From Mustelus asterias (lineage: Eukaryota), in contig NC_135825.1 of assembly GCF_964213995.1 (NCBI RefSeq), positions 12,524,001 through 12,588,000 of the forward strand: a DNA stretch of 64,000 bases, read 5' to 3'. Both the position numbers and the translations under genes were made by a program. Below are positions 56,501-64,000 of this stretch, in pieces. Each line of letters starts with the position of its first letter. Positions within the stretch are counted from its first letter, which is position 1. The notes beneath the pieces are model-generated. The model worked only from the letters and a program-made list of their open reading frames with translations. It was not told the origin of the DNA and did no database searches.

Positions 56501-59500
56501 TGAAGAAAGAGGCTGAAACTGGAAATGATGGATCTCCAGGAAGTTAGATCCAAAGGTAGTGGAGTCTAAAACGAGAGGGCATAGGTTTGAGGTGGGAGGG
56601 GAGAGATACAAAAGGGCCCAGAGGGGCAATGTTTTCACAAAGAGGGTGGTGAGTGTCTGGAACAAGCTGCCAGAGGTAGTAGTAGAGGCGGGTACAGTTT
56701 TGTCTTTTAAAAAGCATTTACACAGTTACATGGGTAAGATGGGTATAGAGGGATATGGGCCAAACGTGGGCAATTGGGACTAGATTGGTAAAGAAGGCCG
56801 GCATGGAAAAGTTGGGCCGAAGGGCCTGTTTCCATACTGTAAACGTCTATGACTCTGTCACTCTGAGGCTGGAAGATGGACCTTTTCAATGATACTAAAG
56901 CTCCTCGTGAGAGATATCCCGGCTTCTCACTGCCCAGATGTGTTCTGGACTAGCGTGTTTTCCCACTGGCTTTGCAGAGAATCGGGTGTTAGGGTGGAGA
57001 TTCTATTCAAGTTTTCACCTGCATCCAATCAGCAGGATGCAGTTCAGTTTCACACCGGCCTCCAATGGGATCCCGGATACGCCATGGCCGGCACTCGCAG
57101 GAGATCCTACGGGGAATTCACACAGCTGTGATACCGATTATTGAGTCACCTGCAGACTTCTCCTCCTCCTCTTCCTCCACTGATGAACCCTCATGGGAGA
57201 ATTCATGCTGTCAAAGCAATTAATACTCTCTTCTCAAACAGTATAAATTGTTGTTCCATTTACTGTTGGTATCCTTGTGGACGATCCTGACAAGAGCAAG
57301 ATGAAAAGAATCAACAACGTGTCTCTTTTTTCAGCATTTCGCAACTTCTGTCCCACCAAATAACATCCTGTTTTTGGGTGACAATTAATATTGAATTTTG
57401 TATTAATAAAACTCTACATGGGTTTAGAATGATGGAGGTGTACAGCAGGAAACGATTTGGTCAAAATGTGATAGATCGGCTTTGGTCTTTCAACTGTAAG
57501 ACTGAATTTCTGAGATGCAGCCATTGTAATTAGAAGTTGAGGATTTAATGTGCCAAACTTCTCCCATTTGATCCAATTATTATAATCCACAATCAAATCA
57601 AGGACAGATACTTTTTTCAAGGGTATTAGTTTGCAAGTCAGATTATCAACATTGAAACGTTTACTGTTTACTCAAGTAAAGTTAAAGTTTATTTCTTAGA
57701 CACAAGTAGACTTATATTCACATAGCAACGAAGTTACTGTGAAAATCCCCTCATCGCCACACTCTTGTACCTGTTCGGGTTCACTGAGGGAGAATTTTTT
57801 TTTTAGTCATTCGTGGGAAATGTGCGTCATTAGCTGGCCAGTATTTATTGCCCATCCCTAGTTGCCCGAGGGCAGTTGAGAGTCAACCGCATTGCTGTGG
57901 GTCTGGAGTCACATGTAGGCCAGACCAGGTAAGGACGGCAGATTTCCTTCCCTAAAGGACATTAGTGAAGCAGATGGGTTTTTCTGACAATTGACAATGG
58001 TTTCATGGTCATCAGTAGATTCTTAATTCCAGATTTTTTTTAAAAAAATTCAAATTCCACCAGCTGCCGTGGCGGGATTCGAACCTGGGTTCCCCAGAAC
58101 ATTAGCTGGTTTCTGGATTAATAGTCTAGCGATAATACCACTAGGCCATTGTCTCCCCTAAAGCATGGCCAATTCACCTAACCTGCACATCTTTGGATTG
58201 TGGGAGGAAATCGGAGCACCCGGAGGAAACCCATGCAGGCACAGAGAGAACGTGCAAACTCCACGCAGACAGTGACCCAAGCCGGGATCGAACCCTGGTT
58301 CCTGGTGCTGTGAGGCAGCAGTACTAACCACTGTGTCACTGTGCCACCCTCTAGTAGTTTCTAGGTTCTCTCTAGAATTGAATGGTGTTGCAGTTTTCTG
58401 TTTAAATCGGCATTTTTGAGTTGCTTGCTTTGCTATTTGCTGAGTAAATGGATTTTCTTGCTCGCAAATGAATTAGAACTGCCCCACCTTCAACTCCCAC
58501 TGTGGTGTCAACAGACACTCTAAACTGAGGGCCCAATTTTAACTCCATCTTAGAGGGATTTTAGTGAGTAAATATTGAGCCTCTAATTTCTGGGACAAAT
58601 TGTTAGACCTCCAACAATGGCGTGCATAATAGGAACCAAAAGAGAAAATGCTGGAAAATCTCAGCAGGTCTGGCAGCACCCGTAAGGAGAGAAAAGTCTG
58701 GTGTTTCAAGTCCAGATGACCCTTTGTCAAAGCCTTTGACCCGTTATCAAAGTTGAGCTTTGACAAAGGGTCATCTGGACTTGAAACGTCAGCTCTTTTC
58801 TCTCCTTACAGATGCTGCCAGACCTGCTGAGATTTTCCAGCATTTTCTCTTTTGGTTTCAGATTCCAGCATCTGCAGTAATTTGCTGTTATATGTAACAG
58901 GAACTTGTTTTCTGGATTGATTTGTTCATTCTTGGTGTCATTAAATCCTAACCACACAGGAGTTGATGTTCACATTCACATCCTGTGCATTAAGCTGAAA
59001 GAGAGCTATGTAGAAATGAATAGGATGAATATCGGGTGTCCTTTCTGAGAGAATCAGCTCTGTCAGAGGGAATAGGGCGAATTTTTCTGTTCCGCCCGCC
59101 ACAGGAATCGCAGTGGGCGAGGGGTGGACCATGGAAAGGTCTGTTGACCTTGGGCGGGATATTCCGGTTTCAGGGCAAGCACGGTGGGAAAATCCCACCC
59201 AATGTCACATGCTGGTGGCATGGTTGCTAGGGTCTCGTATACATGGCCTATTTTATCTCGGAAGACTGTAGTCTTACTCTGGCACTTGCTTTTGTCAGAA
59301 AATGGGAATAAAATGAAGATTAAAGAATTGGATAAAAGGAAACTGATAGAAATTCAGTTGCACTGAGGACATTTGATGTGCAGATTAGCCTCATAGCAAG
59401 GTGAAAAGATATTTATTTAAGTAAAGTGGTGAACAATAGGGCATAGATTTATAGAGTTAACGATAAAGAGGGTAGGAGTTCAAAAGGAGAAATAAGAATT

Positions 59501-62500
59501 AATGTCATATTTACATGCTACAAGTGTGACTGACAGGGCTACTTGTTCAGATAAGAGAAGATCAAAGGGACAAACCATACATAAGTGACAGGGTTAGTCC
59601 TGCACTGGAGATACCACCTGACAAGTAATCAATACCATAGTCACAACCAACCAGAAACAGAGTTCCCCAAAAATAAGATTTAATCCAGCAGACTGCTGTT
59701 TTAAACTCCAGAGGTTTTACACTGAACTGGAAGAAAGTTTTCCCAAAGGAAAGATACAGATCGTGGTGGTAATTATTGATGGAGTTCATGTTAAAACCTG
59801 ATGTGGAGATGGGGTGGGCACAGTAAGAAGTCTCACAACACCAGGTTAAAGTCCAACAGGTTTATTTGGTAGTACGAGCTTTCGAAACCTTTGAGATGTT
59901 GTTTTGAGGAAGGTATATTCACAGATTTTAAGGAAGGAGGTAGATTTGAAATGGAGCTAATTCAAGTATATTGTTTGTCTGTGGCCCTTATTGCAATTAA
60001 TTATAATCTTCGTTCTGTATTGTTGCCTTTCTTGTTGTGTGTTTTATAGTTTAATAAACTTTTTTTTGTTTGAACGGTTACAAGACTGGACTTTTCCTCA
60101 CTTCATCTCTTTCCTCACATTATACTGAATCGCAAAATGAACAGTTAAGAACCAACGTTCCAAGTTTCCCTTCTAGAATTTCGAGTACCCTTGCATTTAA
60201 CATCATCAGGATTTGTAACAAATTAAACTGGTTTCTTAACACATATATGTAAGATAGGTTACAGAGCTGGCATGTCTCTTCTAACTGTAGACTGTTCCTC
60301 CTCTTTCCTGAAGAAATAGCATGGGACTGCTGACGTCATTGATAAAACATAGTCTAAATCACTCATTAGCATAGCGAGTCGATTAACCTATCGCATTACA
60401 AATACAAACTCCATTTGTCAAGATTATTCGGTATAACAATCAGACCAAATTTGATTTGATTTAATTTGATTTATTATTGCCGCATGTATTAGCATACAGT
60501 GAAAAGTACCGTTTCTAGTGCGCTATAAAGTCAAAGCATACCGTTCATAGAGAAGGAAATGAGAGAGTGCAGAATGTAGTGTTATAGCTAGGGTGTAGAG
60601 AAAGATCAACGTAATGCAAGGTAGGTCCATTCAAAAGTCTGACGGCAGCAAGAAAGAAGCTGTTTTTGAGTCGGTTTGTACGTGACCTCAGACTTTTGTA
60701 CCTTTTTCCCGACGGAAGAAGGTGGAAGAGAGAATATCCGGAGTGCGCGGGGTCCTTAATTATGCTGGCTGCTTTGCCGAGGCAAAGTGTAGACAGAATC
60801 ATTTTGGGAATCATGGGTGCGATGCAGATGAGTGTATCTACATCAATATAGATCAATGGAAGATTATGCACATTTGCAACTCGTGATCAATTGAGAGGTT
60901 TAAACATTAACCATTCCTGTTGCCGCTCTTTCAACAGTTATATTGTCATTTTTCAGGTTCAAGTGGCATTCTATGTCATCGAAGAGACAAGACCCTTCAT
61001 GATAATCAGGTAAGGATAATAAATATGAACATCAATAATGTTAGGGAATGAGCAAAGTTGGATGAATTAATCGAGAATTTACAGCAGGAATAGGCCATTC
61101 GGCTCAACAGCTTGATACTAGTTTTGATGCGCCATATGAGCCTTTATCACCCCGATCAGCACATCCTTCAGTTCCTTTCTCCCTCATATGCTTTTGCTGA
61201 AATGTGGCAAAGCTATTTGACTCAATCCATCCCCAAGGAAGGAATAAGGAAATCAAGAGAAACATCTTAACCCAGAGAGTGTCAGAATCATAGAATCCCT
61301 AGAATGCAGAAGGAGACCATTTGACCCATTAAAGTCTGCACCGGCAACAATCCCACCCAGGCCCAATCCCCATAACCCCACATATTTACCTATCAATACC
61401 CCTGACGCAAAGGGGGAATTTACCATGGTTAATCAACCTAACCCGCACATCTTTGGACTGTGAGAGGAAACCAGATGAATCCCACGCAGACACAGAGAGA
61501 ATGTGCAAACTCCACACAGACAGTCACCCAGAATGTAAAATTTATTACCATAAAAGTTACCATAAATGCATTCAGATGGAAGCTGGATAAGCGAGCAAAG
61601 AATAGAAATATATGTTGAACAGGTTACAATCAAGATCATGGAACCATAGAACCCCTACAGTGCAGAAGGAGGCCATTCAGCCCATTGAGTTGACTCTCTG
61701 AAATAGCATCTTACCCAAGCCCACCCCCCTTGCCCTATCCTCGTAACCCTGTGCATTTACAATGGCCAATCCACCTAATCTACAGACCTTTGGACACTAA
61801 GGGGCAATTTTATCATGACGAATCCACCTGCACATCTTCGGACTGCGGGAGGGAACCGGAGGACCCGGAGGAAACCCATGCAGACACGGGGAGAATGTGC
61901 AAACTCCACGCAGTCACCCAAGACCGGAATTGAACCCCAAGTCCCTGGTGCTGTGAGGCAACAGTGCTAACCACTGTGCCACCGTGCCGCCCAGTATTGA
62001 GAAGAACAACAATGAAAGTCACTTTGACATGATTTTTAAAAATTCATTCACAGGATGTGAGCGTCACTGGCTGGTCCAGCATTTATTGCCCAACCCTAAT
62101 TGACTTTAACTGAGTGGTTCACTAGGTTATTGCAGAGGACATTTAAGAAACAACCAATTGCTGTGGCTCTGGAGTCAGATAAGGATGGTAGATTTCCCTC
62201 CCTAAAGGGCATTTGTGAACCAGATGTTAGTTTTAAATGACAATTGATTCAAGGTCATCATAAGAATTTTAATTCCAGATTTTTGCTCAAATCACCATCT
62301 GCTGTGGTGAGATTCGAACGAGAATCCCCAGCGAATTACGTTCAGTCACTGGATTACTAGCCCAGCGACAATACCACTACGCCACTGCAATTGCTTGTTG
62401 CTGTGCTGTAAATATCTTTAAACATTTTGCAATACTTCATAACCTGATTTGTAATAATTGATAAATAATTTCCTTCTCAAGCCATCACTCAGGTTAATCA

Positions 62501-62848
62501 GAAATAAATAAATGTGATTTTTCTTTGTTATTTTAGCAGTTGGCAGCATTGGAAGAGAGCATTGTGTATGCAAAGATAAACCACACTCAAAGGAACGCAG
62601 CAGGAATGCACAGAGAGGGAAACGCCCCGTTGGATAATGATGAAATCACATATGCAGCAGTGCAGTTTCAGAACAACACGTCTACACGGAGAGGTGAAGT
62701 GTCACGTCACTCAATTAACAACCCAGACAGTGTCATCTACAGCGCCGTCAGCATTCCGAGCCAGCCAGCACAGAGAAACCCAGAGACTCCAAGACTGGAC
62801 ACTCCACAGGAATCCGAAATGACAATTTATGCTAACTTCACTCATTAG
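40444..62848 (+). CDS. Receptor gene 2 (spliced, 7 exons: 40444-40480, 44004-44315, 50491-50811, 52194-52308, 55866-55951, 60957-61009, 62537-62848): paralog of gene 1, ~411 aa
   Basis: Same exon architecture and phases as gene 1. Exons sum to 1236 nt with an open frame. The assembly gap at 48995-49152 is intronic. Confidence 0.9.
41085..41700 (-). mobile_element. CR1 LINE 3' end(s) in gene 2 intron 1
   Basis: ORF 41307-41690: YEERLSRLGLYSLEFRRLRGDLIETYKI...QRVVNLWNSLP. Confidence 0.9.
41777..42117 (+). mobile_element. tRNA-derived V-SINE/HE1-like SINE, tail type A, CR1-like (further copies: 1570-1919-, 8180-8505-, 11835-12128-, 22243-22578-, 28050-28365+, 29315-29485-, 45125-45470+, 46412-46616-, 47175-47495-, 61285-61530-, 61645-61992-, 63118-63285+)
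   Basis: Same head and core as type B. Tail gggccaaatggcctccttctgcactgtaggg(attctatg)n resembles the 3' ends of the CR1 copies. Confidence 0.88.
44004..44315 (+). CDS. Gene 2 exon 2, CD300/pIgR-type V-set Ig domain
   Basis: Acceptor tctcctcag|. Motifs ITIDCNY, KYWCRGWTRQC, DLRSGDAEWYNCG. Donor G|GTGCGT. Confidence 0.92.
47520..47645. repeat. (GT)n microsatellite
   Basis: Direct reading. Confidence 0.9.
48907..48994. repeat. (CA)n microsatellite abutting the gap
   Basis: Direct reading. Confidence 0.9.
48995..49152. other. Assembly gap (158 N)
   Basis: Run of N. Confidence 1.
50491..50811 (+). CDS. Gene 2 exon 3, C2-type (FCRL-like) Ig domain
   Basis: Acceptor ttccccacag|. About 90% aa identical to gene 1 exon 3. 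Donor G|GTAAGT. Confidence 0.9.
51300..51825 (-). mobile_element. CR1 LINE RT fragment
   Basis: NPDKCEVMHFG, ALERVQKRFTR. Confidence 0.87.
52194..52308 (+). CDS. Gene 2 exon 4, Ser/Thr-rich stalk EPTYSCGVSTTESPTTTHSTSTNINSAGSESSELENDE
   Basis: Same splice sites as 17254-17374, with a frame-preserving 6-nt deletion. Confidence 0.85.
52480..52978 (-). mobile_element. CR1 LINE 3' end with a ~125-bp MITE inserted at ~52658-52783
   Basis: Similar to 4839-5220. The insert has gggtgggattttcc...gggaaaattcaaccc termini. Confidence 0.72.
54258..55665 (+). mobile_element. 5'-truncated Penelope-like element with ~230-bp inverted terminal repeats, in gene 2 intron 4
   Basis: RT C-terminus (PYGQALRIHRICS) and GIY-YIG region (NVVYLIRCRKGC). 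About 54293-54520 is inverted against about 55440-55668. Flanking direct repeat tgtgtaaattaa. Confidence 0.9.
55572..55608 (+). ncRNA. Minimal type I hammerhead ribozyme motif (inverted copy at 54353-54389)
   Basis: cac-CTGAAGA-a-ggagc(ttaag)gctcc-GAAA-gc-TT-gtg. Confidence 0.62.
55866..55951 (+). CDS. Gene 2 exon 5, transmembrane SLVFIVVGVLGGIFAVFAVSLLLYLKINK
   Basis: cacag| acceptor and G|GTGAGT donor. Frame-preserving 3-nt difference from gene 1. Confidence 0.88.
56555..56855 (+). mobile_element. CR1 LINE 3' end
   Basis: SKTRGHRFEV...FTKRVVSVWNKLP. Confidence 0.82.
58633..58885. mobile_element. Palindromic Penelope-type terminal-repeat remnant (second family)
   Basis: aaccaaaagagaaaatgctggaaaatctcagcagg inverted against cctgctgagattttccagcattttctcttttggtt. 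Same family as 12388-12612, 19945-20036 and 49395-49490. Confidence 0.65.
59503..60220 (+). mobile_element. Probable solo LTR in gene 2 intron 5 (contains a ~90-bp Penelope fragment at ~59800-59885)
   Basis: TG...CA termini flanked by direct repeat AATTAA (59497-59502, 60221-60226). AATAAA at 60053. No counterpart in gene 1. Confidence 0.6.
60452..60793 (-). mobile_element. Rex1/Babar-type LINE 3' end (related degenerate copy at ~20548-20930)
   Basis: KAASIIKDPAHSGYSLFHLLPSGKRYKSLRSRTNRLKNSFF. (tttga)n tail. Confidence 0.75.
60957..61009 (+). CDS. Gene 2 exon 6, juxtamembrane GSSGILCHRRDKTLHDNQ
   Basis: tttttcag| acceptor, |GTAAGG donor, 53 nt. Confidence 0.83.
62537..62848 (+). CDS. Gene 2 exon 7, cytoplasmic tail with three ITIMs and terminal TIYANF
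   Basis: ORF 62540-62848. Three aa differences from gene 1 exon 7. Confidence 0.9.
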   Translation, partial: QLAALEESIVYAKINHTQRNAAGMHREGNAPLDNDEITYAAVQFQNNTSTRRGEVSRHSINNPDSVIYSAVSIPSQPAQRNPETPRLDTPQESEMTIYANFTH

Positions 62849-63699
62849 GAAAACCATTCCTGTTCCACACGTGCTGCCTATTGCTCCTTTCTTTGTGTTT
62901 CAGTTCCATTCAATTCCTTCTGCCGTGAGCTGCCCGCATATTTACTTTTGTCCAATTCCTTCTGAAACTTTGGAGTTGTTCCCGGCATTCCCACTCCTCC
63001 TCCCAGTTTGGTATCATCAGCAAATGTAATCAATTCACCTGGAGTTTCTGAGTCCAGGTTAATCAATTCCGTGAGAGTGGTCCCATAACCAAGGCTTGTT
63101 GCACCCCACTCAATAAATCCAAAGATGTGCGGGTTAGGTTGATTGGCAATGCTAAATTGTCCCTTAGACTCAGGAGGATTAGCAGGGTAAATACGTGGGG
63201 TTTGGAGGATAGGGCCTGGGTGGGATAGTTATCGGTGCAAACTTGATAGGCCAAATGGCCTCCTTCTGCACTGTGGGATTCTAGGATCCTATGAATAATC
63301 ACCCCCTCAAAGATCCCTAGCTCCCTTGATAGCACTCTTGCCTCAGATTCATAGGTGCCAAGTTCAAGTTTCATACGAGGGCTTGGTTGCAAAATTTGAA
63401 TGTTGACACTCCACTGCAGTACTCCACTGTTGATGATCCCAGTGGCTGCCTTGCTTTTCACAAAAGTTTTCACTTGAGGGTGAGCTTAAAAATAAAGTTC
63501 ATTCAGTTGGGATAGAATGGGAGAAAAATGGGAGATAGGGTGTTCCCAGTGGTGAGCCAGGCACCCACGAGGGTTACAAATCCTTCAGGATTGGCCTGGA
63601 GTCTCCAGGGATTCAAGATCAATCTCCAGGACACTGTCATCTGCGTCCCTGGAGAAAAATCATTGGGACATTTTCGCTGGAGTTCAGACAAATGAGACA

Positions 63700-64000
63700 G
63701 GGATCTCATAGAGACTTGTAAAATTCTAACAGGACTAGACAGGGTAGATGCAGGGATGATGTTCCTGATGGCGGGGGAGTCCAGAACCAGGGGTCACAGT
63801 CTGAGAATTTGGGGTAGGACATTTAGGACGGAAGTGAGGAGACATTTCTTCACCCAAAGAGTGGTGAGCCTGTGGAATTCATTACCACAGGAAGTAGTAT
63901 GGAGGGTCTTAGCTATGAGGAGACTGGTATGGAGGGTCTTAGCTATGAGGAGACTGGTATGGAGGGTCTTAGCTATGAGGAGAGATTGGGTAAACTGGGG
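63700..64000 (+). mobile_element. CR1 LINE fragments, running off the window
   Basis: DLIETCKILTGLDRVD...QRVVSLWNSLP followed by GMEGLSYEE repeats. Confidence 0.8.
63897..63983 (+). repeat. 30-bp tandem repeat, ~3 copies (gtatggagggtcttagctatgaggagactg), CR1-derived
   Basis: Direct reading. Confidence 0.9.

Overview
Eukaryotic genomic DNA, most likely from an elasmobranch (shark or ray), judged by about 25 HE1/V-SINE-type tRNA-derived SINEs, SacSINE1-like elements, CR1 LINEs and Penelope elements. The ORF track misses the main content, which is two tandem, same-strand, 7-exon paralogous genes (CDS 6279-25098 and 40444-62848). I reconstructed both with compatible splice phases and open frames (about 417 and 411 aa). 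Each encodes signal peptide, CD300/pIgR-type V-Ig domain, FCRL-like C2-Ig domain, S/T-rich stalk, uncharged TM and a cytoplasmic tail with three ITIMs plus a terminal TIYANF motif. They are inhibitory CD300/pIgR-like immune receptors, possibly of the skate MDIR family. The V domains differ strongly (about 68% aa identity), while the signalling exon and 3' flank are almost identical, suggesting gene conversion. Between the genes lies a very young Ty3/Gypsy element (32918-37595, minus strand; identical 273-bp LTRs, GAGTG TSD, open 1345-aa gag-pol). It lacks a tRNA primer site and instead has a 14-bp leader/LTR inverted repeat over its polyA signal. Also present are a 28-codon DAPK2-like fragment, palindromic Penelope elements carrying minimal hammerhead-ribozyme cores, a solo LTR and a 158-N gap. 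Family assignments rest on motifs recalled from memory, not database searches. Repeat boundaries are approximate unless a TSD or LTR fixes them.
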